A stretch of DNA of 64,000 bases, from positions 1,086 to 65,085 of the IMG/VR virus record IMGVR_UViG_3300042319_002777, one strand, 5' to 3'. The notes under the pieces are model-generated. The model saw only the letters and a program-made list of their open reading frames with translations. It ran no database searches and was not told the origin of the DNA. Position numbers and translations under genes: made by a program. This DNA comes from a virus (lineage: Duplodnaviria > Caudoviricetes). Positions 8,366 to 19,400 of the stretch are shown piece by piece (position 1 is the first letter of the stretch; each line of letters opens with the position of its first letter).

Positions 8366-9447
8366 GCAGCCTCCTGCAGCACGCTGATCCAGACGGTTCC
8401 CATGTCGAGCAGAGGCAGGATCCGATCCCTCAGATCCTGGTTGTGGAGGCGGATGCAGCCGAGGGTCGGGTGCAGCTCCTGCCGAGGGTTCCAGGCCCCC
8501 GGCCACCCGCAGGCACTGCCGCCGCCGTGCAGCATGATCCCGTCTCTATAGGGCCGTGACGTGGGCCCCTCCTGCCCTTCCAAGCCCTCCATGTCGAACG
8601 AATACCAGCCGTAGGCGCGGCGATCGGGGGTGAAGGTTGCGGTCCGGTCCTGTTCGTAGTCCCGATGGATGCCCTTCGGGTTGATCCGGTAGAGCCCCGG
8701 CGGGGTGTCGGTGCCCGTGCGGTTCCATTCGGCCTCTTTGCCCTGCCCACGGCACAAACAGGGGATCCTCCACAGCCGGCGCCCGTCATGGGTCCAGGCC
8801 GTGAGGGTTTCGTTCACGTCGTTGGCGATCAGGTGGTGATCACCGGGCTTCAGATCGGGGCGGATCTTTGGACCCACCATCCCCGGCGGCCAGATCGGCG
8901 GGCCCTGGGGGACGGGCATGATCGGGGGGCGTGGTGGCGTGGCGGTCGTGACAGGGGCGGGAGCGCCGGCCACGAACAGGGCCACCTCTGCCGCCCGGCG
9001 CCGCACCAGGCCCGCCATGATCTTCTTCCCGGCCTTGCTCCAGCGGGGCAGCTCGGCCTTCACCACGGCCTCGGGGTTCTCGCCGGCCAACAGGCGCCGC
9101 CGCAGGGTGGAAATCTCCAGGCTCCTGGGGCCCACGTTGAAGGTAAAGCTGATCAATGCCGCCTGCTGCTTCGGGGTCCACGTCCCGGCCATCGGGAGCA
9201 GCCGGAACACCTCGGCGGCGGCGCGGTTGATGTCCGTGGTCAGCATGCCCTCAGCGACCGCCTGGGTGATCACGGCGCCCTCCACCACGTCGGACCCGGT
9301 GTGCCCGTAGCCGATGGTCCAGGGATCGCCCCCGCTGCCGGGGTCGGGGTAGGCGGTGAGGTGGCACCCTTCGAACTCGGCGACGATCTGCCGGGCTGGG
9401 GCCAGCCACTGGGGATCGGGGGGAGTGGAAGCGCTCTTGGTGCTCAT
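8362..9447 (-). CDS. Endolysin: GH24 lysozyme fused to an L,D-transpeptidase (YkuD)-like domain
   Basis: FEGCHLTAYPDPG..GDPWTIGYGHT and GLVRRRAAE; Pro-rich linker; DTPPGLY...GIMLHGGG...PTLGCIRL. Confidence 0.9.
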   Translation of the reverse strand: MSTKSASTPPDPQWLAPARQIVAEFEGCHLTAYPDPGSGGDPWTIGYGHTGSDVVEGAVITQAVAEGMLTTDINRAAAEVFRLLPMAGTWTPKQQAALISFTFNVGPRSLEISTLRRRLLAGENPEAVVKAELPRWSKAGKKIMAGLVRRRAAEVALFVAGAPAPVTTATPPRPPIMPVPQGPPIWPPGMVGPKIRPDLKPGDHHLIANDVNETLTAWTHDGRRLWRIPCLCRGQGKEAEWNRTGTDTPPGLYRINPKGIHRDYEQDRTATFTPDRRAYGWYSFDMEGLEGQEGPTSRPYRDGIMLHGGGSACGWPGAWNPRQELHPTLGCIRLHNQDLRDRILPLLDMGTVWISVLQEAA

Positions 9448-9614
9448 CAGAGAGGCCATTCGGAGATCGTCTGCCAGCCCTCGCCCTGCAGCCGGGCCAC
9501 CTCGGCGGCGACCTGCTCGGGGAGCACGTCCACCACCAGCGACCTGCTGCCCTCCTGACCGGGCGGGAGGGCCGTTGGCTCCTCACAGATCAGCCGAACG
9601 AGGCCGCAGGTCAT
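9447..9614 (-). CDS. Small hypothetical protein
   Basis: Coupled between the NblA-like gene and the endolysin. Confidence 0.6.
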   Translation of the reverse strand: MTCGLVRLICEEPTALPPGQEGSRSLVVDVLPEQVAAEVARLQGEGWQTISEWPL

Positions 9615-9829
9615 CGCCGCATCCCCTGGCGCATCGCCCAGGCCGTGGCTGCCTTTTGGGCGTACCACGACTGGAGCAGGAGCTTCGCCAGGTTGCGGAG
9701 GCTCAGCACGTCGTCCACCTCGTCAAGGAGGCGGCCTATGCGCTCAATCTCAAACGCCTGGGCGGTGCTCAGCTCCATGCCTGCGGGGTCCGCGGGGAGG
9801 AAACCGGCAACAGGATCGGGGGCTGGCAT
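9611..9829 (-). CDS. nblA: NblA-like phycobilisome degradation protein
   Basis: 72 aa two-helix protein, ELSTAQAFEIER...LRNLAKLLLQSW, resembling the NblA LSLEQQF pattern; recognised by eye only. Confidence 0.55.
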   Translation of the reverse strand: MPAPDPVAGFLPADPAGMELSTAQAFEIERIGRLLDEVDDVLSLRNLAKLLLQSWYAQKAATAWAMRQGMRR

Positions 9830-9896
9830 GGCAGCAGAATAGCTACCCAAATCCAGATAAGCATCAGGTCGGCGGGAGGATCCATAACTGGGCCAG

Positions 9897-9906
9897 CGGG
9901 AAAACT
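9897..9906 (+). promoter_or_regulatory. Putative late promoter (copy 6)
   Basis: Exact motif 26 nt before ATG 9933. Confidence 0.75.
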
Positions 9907-9932
9907 GCGGCAGAAGCTCCGACCGCTCCGCC

Positions 9933-11123
9933 ATGCCACGAGGCCGCCGCGCCAGTTACACCCGCGACAACAGTGGCCGGTTCGCCAGCTCGCCAGGCGG
10001 CGGGGCCCCAAAGCGGAGCACCCCAGCGACCCGGCGGGCGGCCACCAGGGCGGGGAACCGGCTGAACCGGGACAACAGCGGGCGGATCAGCGGGATCGGC
10101 CGGAATGGGGCCACGGTGCGCGGCGGGAGACTGAAGACGGCCAAGGGGAACAAGCGGGCCACGCAGCTCACCACCCTGCGGCCGGCAGGGTTCCGGGGCG
10201 GCACGATCGCTAAGGGTGGCCGGGGCGTGCGCGGGATGGTTGCGCGGAGCCTGGCAGCGGCGCGGAAAGGGCGGGCGGGAGCGCAGACGGCTCAGGCCAG
10301 TTCAATGCCGCGTCGCGTCCCTGCTGCGCAGCGGCCGGGATCGCTCACCTCCACCCTGCGGGGCACCCTGCGGGCCGTGGCGCGGGCTGACGCCGCTCGC
10401 ATCCGCGAGCTGGAGGCGATCACGGGCCAGAAGATCAAGCCCGCCGCAGCGGGGACCAGGGCCGGCACAGAGGCAGGCGCAAGGGTGCGGGGCGCCGCCA
10501 AGGGCGGGAAGGTGGCGGGCGCCCTGCGGGCAGGCCTGCGGGAGCTGGCCCAGTCGGACGCCAGGACCGCTCGGGAGATGGCCGCGATCGTGCGCGATGC
10601 CACCCCAAAGGTGGCCGGCGGCAAGGGCGGCAAGGCGATTCGTGGGGGGCGGGCGGCATTGCCGGCGGCGGCGCGGAAGGAGCGGATGGCGGCGGCTAAG
10701 CCGGTGGCGGCCAAGCAGCAACCGCAGAAGCCCTCTAAGAAGCCCGCAAAACCCGCACGGGCACGGCGCTCAAAGCCTGATCTGAGTCAAGGCTCATTTG
10801 AGCGCCGTGCTCGCGCCACTGAGAAGCGTGCAAAAGCCGCTGAGCGTGTTGTGTCAGCTATTGATCGCTTTAACCCCGCCAATCGCAGGTTGGTAAATCG
10901 CGCCAATTCGCTCCGATCTGCGGCGGACAGTTATGCGTACTACGCACGGAGAGGCAAGAACGATCCTGATTTTTCAGCCGCTGATCTCTTTAAGGGAAGA
11001 AGCAGGAGTTCTACCGCTCCAAGGCTGACGCGCAGCGAAAAAGCGGCTGCCACTCGCCGCGCAAAAGCTGATAAGCGCTTCCGCGAGAACGTCCGCAGGA
11101 TGGAGCAAGACCGCCGCCGCTAA
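9933..11123 (+). CDS. Highly basic protein, RDNSGRF family paralog 2
   Basis: RRASYTRDNSGRFASSPGGG N-terminus with a second RDNSGR copy. Confidence 0.8.
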   Translation: MPRGRRASYTRDNSGRFASSPGGGAPKRSTPATRRAATRAGNRLNRDNSGRISGIGRNGATVRGGRLKTAKGNKRATQLTTLRPAGFRGGTIAKGGRGVRGMVARSLAAARKGRAGAQTAQASSMPRRVPAAQRPGSLTSTLRGTLRAVARADAARIRELEAITGQKIKPAAAGTRAGTEAGARVRGAAKGGKVAGALRAGLRELAQSDARTAREMAAIVRDATPKVAGGKGGKAIRGGRAALPAAARKERMAAAKPVAAKQQPQKPSKKPAKPARARRSKPDLSQGSFERRARATEKRAKAAERVVSAIDRFNPANRRLVNRANSLRSAADSYAYYARRGKNDPDFSAADLFKGRSRSSTAPRLTRSEKAAATRRAKADKRFRENVRRMEQDRRR

Positions 11124-11125
11124 CC

Positions 11126-11566
11126 ATGCCCCTCCCCACCACCACCCTGGCCCTGTTCGACCTCCTGGCGGCCGACGCGGTGCTCACCCCCCTCCTGGGG
11201 GTCCACGTGCTGGCCGGCGGCACCACTCGCCGCGCCCTGGCCCACTTCTGGCCAAAGGAGACGATCGAGCCCACCACGCAGCCTGCGGGGGTGGAGATCG
11301 TGGTGTGGCGCTCGCCGATGGGCACAGCCACCACGCCAACCCAGACCGGGGAGGTGGACGTGCGGCCCACCTTCCGCCTGTCGGTGACCCAGTGGGAGCC
11401 TCCAACCGCCGGGGGTGCCTGCAATCAACTCGCCGTGGTGAACCGCCTCCTGCAGCTCCTGCCGGGGGCCAATGCCTCGGACGTGACCATCGACGGGCTC
11501 ACTACGGGCCTGCAGCAGCATTCGGTCACGTGGGCGTGTCCAGTGGCGGTGCTGCAGCGGGGGTGA
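11126..11566 (+). CDS. Putative tail terminator protein
   Basis: 146 aa, ALFDLLAADAVLTPLLG N-terminus; upstream of the tape measure. Confidence 0.55.
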   Translation: MPLPTTTLALFDLLAADAVLTPLLGVHVLAGGTTRRALAHFWPKETIEPTTQPAGVEIVVWRSPMGTATTPTQTGEVDVRPTFRLSVTQWEPPTAGGACNQLAVVNRLLQLLPGANASDVTIDGLTTGLQQHSVTWACPVAVLQRG

Positions 11567-11662
11567 TCGGGCACCACCACCCCAAGACCGAAAGCCCTTG
11601 GCACCACTAACGGCGCCGAACTTTCGCCGGCCCCAGAGACCGCTCCGGGCACCACCGCTGCA
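11565..11662 (+). repeat. 98-bp element, inverted copy at 45531-45628
   Basis: Ungapped manual alignment 73/98 identical, with a 19-bp identical core ACTAACGGCGCCGAACTTT. Confidence 0.8.
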
Positions 11663-11675
11663 GCGCCCCTGATGG

Positions 11676-11685
11676 CGGGAAAACT
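11676..11685 (+). promoter_or_regulatory. Putative late promoter (copy 7)
   Basis: Exact motif 25 nt before GTG 11711. Confidence 0.75.
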
Positions 11686-11710
11686 GCACCAGTAGCGCGG
11701 CGCGGCTCGG

Positions 11711-14700
11711 GTGGCAGATCTTCAGGTATCGCTGGCCCTCCTGCTGGAGAACGAGGCGGAGCTGGCGCGGGCCCTGGAGGCGGCCGGCGGGAAGGTCGGT
11801 CGGGATTTTGGTAACCGGCTCAGTGGTGAGGCGAAGAAGGCGTTTGACGAGCTGATAGCGCAGGCGGAGAAGGCCGCCAAAGAGGTAGGGGTCCAGTTCA
11901 GTAAGCAGGATCTGCGCTTCCGGGACAAGCAAGGCAAGTTCCTGTCGGATGACGCGATCCGCCAGCTCCAGCAGGCCAACAAGGGTTTTGACGAGGCGGT
12001 GCAGGGGCTCGGCCGCCTCCGATCGGCTCTGAGTGAAACCAGCCGGGAAGGTGCCCGCGGGATGAACCTGCTGGAGGCCGCCGTCACCGGTGTGGCCGTC
12101 AGTCTCACGAGCAAGCTCACCGACGCAGCTGGGACCGCCCTGGGCAGCGTGCGGGGCCTCGTGCAGGGGTTCCTGGAGCTGGACGGTGAGCTCCGCCTGG
12201 CCGCCGCTGCCGCGGGGGAAACGGGGGGTTACCAGCGCCTTAGCCAGATCGTGGATCAGGTGGGCATCGATGCGGCCGGCACCACCAAGCAGGTGGCGGA
12301 GCTGGCCACCAGCCTTGTGCGGGCCGGTTTCAGCATCTCCGAGGTAGAGGGGGCCCTGGCCGGCGTGGTTCGCGGCGCCGAGGCCACCGGGACCGGGTTT
12401 GAGGCCTTCGGGAACATCGTGGGCAACACCCTGCGGGGGTTTGGGTTGGAGGTGGATAAAACGGCTCAGGTTGTAGACGTTATAACGAAAACGGTCAACG
12501 CCAGTAACGCCTCAGTTGAAGGATTAGGTTATACATTTCAGTACACCGCGCCAATCGCAAAGGCTTTGGGCGTGAGCCTGGAAGACGTTGCGGCTGCGAC
12601 GGGTTTAATGGCCAACGCGGGCATTCAGGGCAGTGTTGCCGGCACTGGCCTTCGCACATTCCTGGAGAAGATTCAGCAGGCATCTAAAGGCGCGTCGCCA
12701 GAGGTGCTGGGGCTTTCCCGTGGCTCTGAGCGGCTACAGAAGGTGATGGCCATGCTCGGCGCTACCGTCGTTGATTCAAGCGGGAAGCTTATAGGCCTTG
12801 AGCAAGTTTTCCTGCAGCTAAAGGCTGGCATGGACAAGCTAAGCCAAGCCGACAAGGTGCAGCTGACTAACGTTTTATTCGGTGATGATGCCTCGTCTAA
12901 AGTCATGGCCATCACCAATCAAAGTACGGCGAGCATCACAAAGATGTTTCGCGAGATATACAACAGCAAAGGGGCCACCGATACCGCTCGCACCGCCATG
13001 AGCGGCTTGGGCCTGGAAATCCAGCAGCTCAGCGGCACCATGGACAGCCTCCGCAACAACATCGGCGGTGTGATGGCTGCAGGCCTCCGGCCCCTGGTGC
13101 AGGCGGCCAACCTTGCCGTCGGGGCTATCTCGGGCCTACCCAGGCCGGTGAAGGACACCGGGGCGGCGCTGATCGCCTTGGGGATTGCCTCCACAGGCGC
13201 CGCGATCAGCATTGCTGCGCTCAATCTGGTGCTGGCCCAGACCGGCGGGCTTGCGGGCTTGGCCGTTGCCGGGATCGGGGGGAGCCTTGCGATCGTGGCC
13301 GCCGCCACCGCCGGGATCCTGCTGGCAACCGGGGCGTTCAACGAGATGGATCAGACCACCAAAACCCTGGTTCAAACCACCATCGCACTGGGGGCCGGCG
13401 TCCTGGTGTTCCGGGGTATCGCCGCAGCCGCTGGAATCGCTGCAACCGGGCTGAGCTTGCTCAACATTCAACTCGGCAGGACAGCCGTGCTCACCTCCTT
13501 GGCCTCTGGCGCCGCAAGGGGTGGATTCATCGCTGGACTGGTCGGCGCTGCCGCAACCGCCGCGGGCGTGTACGCGGTGCTCAACAACAACATCAAGGCG
13601 ACAGGCCAGGAAACCGAAGCACTCAGCGGCAAGGCCCGCGAACTGAAAGATCAGATCGCGCAGCTTCAAAAAGAGATTGCAGACGGGAAAAAACTGGGCA
13701 TTGATACCACCGAGGCACAGAAGCGGGTGAATGAGCTTTACATGCAGCTGCGAGAAGTTGAGGGACCGCTGGAGATCAAGCTGAGCATTGATAAGGCGAA
13801 GGCTGAGCTTAAGACGCTGAAAGAGGAGTATGACAAGCTGGGAGAAGGGGACAGGCAAAAGGCGCCACTGCAGGCCAAGGTGAACGGCGCTGAGCGCTAC
13901 CTCAAGCTGCTGCAGGAGATCGACCGGGGCCAGGCCGTTACAGACGCTTCCCCGGTGGCCCAACAGGGCGCCAAGGATCTCGCTGAGCTTGAGAAGCGGG
14001 TTAAGGGGCTGCTGGCCAAGAAAATCAGCCTCCCCGTTGGCGCCCCCGAGCAGAAAGACATAGACGAAGCCTTGGATGTTTATCAGCGCCAGATAGATCT
14101 TAGAAAGGTCGGGATTAAGACGGTGATCAACCGAGAGGAGGCCTTGCGGCAGCTCAGCGGCCTGCAAGGTGACATCGCCGTAGCGCTGTCCAAGGGCGCC
14201 GATCCGTCCAGGCTCCGCAGTCAACTACTCCCGCTGCAAATTCAAGTCAGGAATCTTGACCTTGAGCGGGACAAGATCAACAAGGATCTAGCGGCAACAT
14301 TGGATCGGCAGGTTGCCGCAGACGGCAGGCGGGTGCTCACCTCAAAGGAGCAACTGGAGGTAGCGAAGGGCAAGCTCAGCGTGCAACAGGCCAGCGCCAA
14401 CCTGGACGAGAAAGCGGCGGCGCAATTCACCGCTCGGCTGCGTTACATCCAGCAAGCGGCCGATGCCTACGTGAACCTCGCCAGCGCTCAGGCGGCCCTG
14501 GCACAGAGCGGCTTTGACGTGGAGCGCAGTCGCAATAGCAACCGCCTCAGCCTGGCAGAGAAGGAGCTGCAGTTCCTGCGGGGGCGCGGGGCTAACGCAC
14601 AGGTGATTCAGCAGGCGGAGCAAAGGATCGTAGCGATCAAGCGCGAGGGCGAGCAGGCCGAGTTTCGTGCCATGAAGGCCAGTATTGAGGCCACGGCGCA

Positions 14701-15739
14701 GCGGTTTGAGATGGAGCGCAAGGTACTGGAGCTGAAGCAGGCGGGGCAGTTCCTGGAGCAGCAAGGCGCCATGCGGGCGGCCGATCGGGCGGTGCTGCAG
14801 GAGCGCCAACAGTTGCTTGAGTTGCGCAGCAAGCTGGCGGATCCAAGCACCACGGCACAGCAAAAACCATTCCTCAATGATCAAGTCAAGTTGCAGGGGG
14901 AATCGATCAAGGCCGCGCAGTCGCTGGCCGGGATTGAGCGTGAGCGGATGGCCAACCTCGGGATGATCTTCGGGTTAGAGCGCCAAACCCAGCAGGTTCA
15001 ACAGGCGACCGCTGCCAATCAGATGCGGTCCGCGGCGATCGGCAAGGAGTGGGGGAATATCTGGTCAGACGCTGGCACTTCTTGGGAGCGGTCTCTGGTC
15101 GAGCCCCTGGCCAAGCTTGACAAAGCCGCAACCGGCGTGGATCGGCTCAGGCAGGTGCTTGTGGGCACGATCCAGGCCGGGGATGGCCCGGTAGAGCAGA
15201 TCTACGCCACAGCGTCAGGCCTGCCTGAGCCCCTGCGGAACGCGACCGACGCGGCCAATGGGCTGGCCGATGGGTTTGCGACGGCCAACGCCCAAGCCAA
15301 TGTCCTGCTCCAGACCGTTTCCAAGCTCGCCAAGGCCCCTGCTGCCCGCTGGGCTGGCGGCGGGGTGGAGCCGGGCGGCCGATACACGGTAAACGAGCTG
15401 GGCACAGAGAGCTTCCTATCGCGCTCGGGTGCCCTGTCGCTGATCCACGCCCCGGCCTACGGCTCCTGGAGTCCGCCCTCCCCCGGCATGGTGCTACCGG
15501 CGGGGCTCACCTCACGGCTGGATGCCCTCGGCGCCTTCGGTGGCGGCCCGGCTCCCCTGCTGGCTGGCATGGCCCCGGCTGCCGGAAGTGGCGGCGCTGC
15601 ATCGCAGGCGGCGGCCCTGGGGCGCCTCCAGCGCTCCATCGATGCCCTGGAAGGCACCATGCGGTCGTATCGGCCTGAGGTCACCGTCAACCTGCCCGGC
15701 AATGCCGGCCTCCTCCACACCCTGCAGGGCCTCCGATGA
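11711..15739 (+). CDS. Tape measure protein (TP901-type core)
   Basis: 1342 aa, helical; YTAPIAKALGVSLEDVAAATGLMANAGIQGSVAGTGLR; C-terminal GGGV...YTVNELGTE. Confidence 0.92.
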   Translation: MADLQVSLALLLENEAELARALEAAGGKVGRDFGNRLSGEAKKAFDELIAQAEKAAKEVGVQFSKQDLRFRDKQGKFLSDDAIRQLQQANKGFDEAVQGLGRLRSALSETSREGARGMNLLEAAVTGVAVSLTSKLTDAAGTALGSVRGLVQGFLELDGELRLAAAAAGETGGYQRLSQIVDQVGIDAAGTTKQVAELATSLVRAGFSISEVEGALAGVVRGAEATGTGFEAFGNIVGNTLRGFGLEVDKTAQVVDVITKTVNASNASVEGLGYTFQYTAPIAKALGVSLEDVAAATGLMANAGIQGSVAGTGLRTFLEKIQQASKGASPEVLGLSRGSERLQKVMAMLGATVVDSSGKLIGLEQVFLQLKAGMDKLSQADKVQLTNVLFGDDASSKVMAITNQSTASITKMFREIYNSKGATDTARTAMSGLGLEIQQLSGTMDSLRNNIGGVMAAGLRPLVQAANLAVGAISGLPRPVKDTGAALIALGIASTGAAISIAALNLVLAQTGGLAGLAVAGIGGSLAIVAAATAGILLATGAFNEMDQTTKTLVQTTIALGAGVLVFRGIAAAAGIAATGLSLLNIQLGRTAVLTSLASGAARGGFIAGLVGAAATAAGVYAVLNNNIKATGQETEALSGKARELKDQIAQLQKEIADGKKLGIDTTEAQKRVNELYMQLREVEGPLEIKLSIDKAKAELKTLKEEYDKLGEGDRQKAPLQAKVNGAERYLKLLQEIDRGQAVTDASPVAQQGAKDLAELEKRVKGLLAKKISLPVGAPEQKDIDEALDVYQRQIDLRKVGIKTVINREEALRQLSGLQGDIAVALSKGADPSRLRSQLLPLQIQVRNLDLERDKINKDLAATLDRQVAADGRRVLTSKEQLEVAKGKLSVQQASANLDEKAAAQFTARLRYIQQAADAYVNLASAQAALAQSGFDVERSRNSNRLSLAEKELQFLRGRGANAQVIQQAEQRIVAIKREGEQAEFRAMKASIEATAQRFEMERKVLELKQAGQFLEQQGAMRAADRAVLQERQQLLELRSKLADPSTTAQQKPFLNDQVKLQGESIKAAQSLAGIERERMANLGMIFGLERQTQQVQQATAANQMRSAAIGKEWGNIWSDAGTSWERSLVEPLAKLDKAATGVDRLRQVLVGTIQAGDGPVEQIYATASGLPEPLRNATDAANGLADGFATANAQANVLLQTVSKLAKAPAARWAGGGVEPGGRYTVNELGTESFLSRSGALSLIHAPAYGSWSPPSPGMVLPAGLTSRLDALGAFGGGPAPLLAGMAPAAGSGGAASQAAALGRLQRSIDALEGTMRSYRPEVTVNLPGNAGLLHTLQGLR

Positions 15740-16491
15740 TCACGATCTCCTACAGCGGCACCACCTACACCTTCCCGAATCTCACCGAGCACCCGTACGG
15801 CTACGACGAGGTGGACGTGCGCCGGGGTCGGGCCGCCAGGCGGTGGGCCCTCTCGGGCATCGTGAACCGCGAAGACGGGGCCACGATCGCCGGCCTCTAT
15901 GCCGCCTGGAACGCGGTGAAGATCCTGGAGGATGACCCGGTGCTCACTGGCGCGGTGGGGGCCACCGTGGGCCTGACCGGCGCCGCGCCGGGCTTTGCGT
16001 GGGCCTCGGCGGTGCCCTGCTGGTTCGCCTCGGCCCCCTCGATCGCCATGGCGGGGATGTTCTGCCGGGTGAGCACCACCCTTGTGGACGCCTCCCAGTC
16101 GCTGGCCATCCTGCTGCGGCAGGGCGAAGAGGAGGCGGAGCAGGCCGCGCAGCTCAGCCTGGGCACTCTGACCTTCGGGAGCGCCACCGTGAATTTGACC
16201 GCTCGGCCCGACGGCTTCACCGATCTGCCGGCCCTGGCGCTCACCCCCGGCGGGCGGCACGTGATCACCGGGCCGCTGGCTCCAACCGAAACGCGGCGGG
16301 TGCAGGGGTGGGTGACGGCGGCCAACCTGACGGCCCTGGAGACCTGGCTCAAGACCACCACCTCTGCCAGCCCCTCCGCGGGCGGGTGGTTTCCCACCGA
16401 ATGGTCGGAGCCAGTGGCCAGGCGCCGCGCTGATGGGGGCACGATTGGCACCTACTACGACGTGGCCTTCGCGGTGACGAAGATCCGATGA
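15736..16491 (+). CDS. Distal tail protein-like
   Basis: Directly follows the tape measure with an ATGA overlap. Confidence 0.6.
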   Translation: MITISYSGTTYTFPNLTEHPYGYDEVDVRRGRAARRWALSGIVNREDGATIAGLYAAWNAVKILEDDPVLTGAVGATVGLTGAAPGFAWASAVPCWFASAPSIAMAGMFCRVSTTLVDASQSLAILLRQGEEEAEQAAQLSLGTLTFGSATVNLTARPDGFTDLPALALTPGGRHVITGPLAPTETRRVQGWVTAANLTALETWLKTTTSASPSAGGWFPTEWSEPVARRRADGGTIGTYYDVAFAVTKIR

Positions 16492-19400
16492 GCGATACCC
16501 GCGCCTATGCCTGGTGCAACCTCGGCCCCCTCGCCGAGCAGGCCAGCAGCATCGCTGACAGCCACGTGCAGGGGTCTGGGGTGATCACCGTGAAAGGCAC
16601 GGTGAACCTCTCTGGCATCTACCGGCCGGCGCCGGGCACCATTGTGGAGCTGGCCTACAGCGATGGTCAGAACTGGATCGCTCGGCTCCCCTGCCGGCTG
16701 CGGGTGCTGTCGTCGTTCGCCAACCCCCTCGCCGGGAAGATCACGAGCATCAGCGTGGGCTGTGACCTGGCCTACATGGAGGCCCGCAAGCAGCCGCCCG
16801 ACAGCCTCACCACACGCCAGGCCAACCCGGACACCCCGGAGGCGGTCTGGCGTGCCGCGGCGCCTGCGATTCCTGCCAGCTGGCTGGTGGGGCAGATCCT
16901 CGCGGCCCTGGGGCTTACGGCGGCCGGATCAATCCCACTCACCAACCATTACACCCGGCAGGAGTTTGATCTGACGGCCGGCTACGTGGAGGAGCTGGGC
17001 AAGCTGGCTTCTTCCGAGGGCTATGCCGTGCGGATGAACACGGCGGGCCTTGTGGAGTTCATCAACAAGGCCCCTGGCGAGACGGGAACCGGACCGCTGC
17101 TAACCGAAGAAAACCTGATTGACCTGAACCCAATCAATACCGGTGATCTGCCGGGTGATGCGGTTTATGCCAAATACACCAGCCTGAAGCTGGTTGTGCC
17201 GTCTAATCTTGATGAAGACAGCATAAAAAAACGCAACTGGGAGAGAGAGGTCAGCATTAGCGCTCCGCAGCAATACACACACCAATGGACGGAATACGCA
17301 AAAACTCCAATTCTCAGTCAGAACGGAAGTCCGACCTACCGGCAACGCAGGGATGCCAACGGGCAGCCGGTGTTCTGGGTGGGTCGCTCTGTCCAATGGG
17401 GCGAAGAATCTGAAATCCTTAACGGCGCCGTGATGGATAAGGTTTTTGAAGTCAAGGCCTACCAACTGCAAGAAGAGATCAATTACATTACGCGCACCGT
17501 AACAGAAACAACTTACGATTCCCGTGATCGAGTCAGGTCGCGCCGCACTGAAACACTCGGCTTGTGGGGGGTTGATTACAGCGAAACCGCCTATACTTAC
17601 GGATCTACCTTTTACGCCCCTAACAGCACGTTCGACCCCGCCGACAATGCAGATGTACTGAATGAAGTCACGATTGAGTTCTCAGCGGAGGCTCCGCTGA
17701 AAATGTCAGCAGGCTATCAGCAGCCTTATGGCGAGCTTCGCGGCGCAGGTCTTGGCGGCCAGTATCAGTCCGCCATTAGAGAGACTGAATATGACAGGAA
17801 CAAGGCGAGTGGCACTACCAAGACCGTTACAACTTCCTACGTGCCATTTATCAGCACGCCCGATGGTCAGGAAGCTATCTCCCGCCTGCGTGATGCAGGC
17901 AATCAACTGGACCCCAGCCGTCTGGCCCAGGTCTTGGGAATAGCCAAGGGGCTTGTGTCGGCTGGATCTGAAACCCGCATCAGCACCGGACGCGAGTTCG
18001 GCCTCCAGCGGCGCCCCAGCGAGGCCGAGCGCACCGCAGCAGCCAACCAGAAGGCCCCCACCGTTGAGACCACCTCCGAGGCGACGTGGGCCGTGGGATC
18101 GGCCACCAGCCAGACCAGCATTGAACTGAGCCCGCCATACGTGCCTGATGATCGGATCGTCTACTCCGGTGGCACCAACGGCACGTACAGCGTGATCAAG
18201 AGCAATGCCGATCAGGCGGCGCTCCACTATGCCCGCACCGAAAACCGCCTCCTGCTGGGCCACCGGAACGGCAACGGGATCCAGGTGCTCCCCGAGCTGC
18301 TGCCAGTCGCACCCATGGGCCTGGTGTTCATCCGTCTCAACGGCTGCACCGCCGCCTTCAGGGCCAACGGGACCACCTACAACATCGACCCGCAGGGGGT
18401 GACGGCTACGACAGATTGCCTGTTCTGGGGGGCGGTGGATGGCGCCGTGGCTGATGCGTGGTTCCCGCTGCCGCCTGGCGCCACGTCGCTGCCTGCCCCT
18501 GTCGCGCCCACCACCAATGCCAATCCCAAGCCCGCGAACGCCATCGCCATCCCTGGCGGGTTCAGCTTCACCAGCCCCAATCTGAGCAGCCTGTTCGCCT
18601 CTCTTCCCTCGGACCAGGCCCCGGTGTTCCCGCGGACCGTCACCCCTGGCGCCGTCCTGCGCCCGTATCACGAGACTGTCACGATCGCCGCCGGTGGTGG
18701 CGCCGGGGCGATAGCAACCGCCCTGCCATGGATTCGGCAGCCGGCCATGGAGGTGCTGGCGGGCGGCGGAGCAGGGGCGATAACCGAATTGGTGAAAGTG
18801 GTTCTTGCAGGCAGCGGGTCTGGCGTTATCGCAGACCTGTCAGCCGATATCACCCCAGAGCGGTTGTACGCGGGCAGCGGGTCTGGAGTTATCGCAGATC
18901 TCTCGGGTGAAGTATTCATGGAGCGGCTGCTTGCAGGTAGCGGGTCTGGAGTTATTGCGGACCTGTCGGCTGAAACCCTTGCATTGTTTGCGGGCAGCGG
19001 GTCTGGTGTAATTGCGGATGTCCAGGAACCAGATACATTCCTGCTTCACATGAATGGAAGCAATGGCAGTACAACATTTACTGACAGCGGAGGCAGTGGA
19101 ATCACCGTTACTGCCTACGGTAACGCTCAGATCAGCACAGCAGATCCATTGCATGGCAGCGGTAGCCTTTTACTTGACGGATCCGGCGATTACTTGCAAA
19201 CTGCGGCTAGCTCTATTCTGCAGTTTGGCACTGATGACTTCACTGTTGAATGCTGGGTGAAAGTTATTTCAGGTACAAGCAATAACGGTTTATTTACGTT
19301 TGGTAGCCCAAACAGTGGGTTAGCTGTTGGGACCTATGGAGACCAGTGGTTTTTAGATAGAGGAGACGGGAATAGTTATCGAATGGGCGCTGCAACAACA

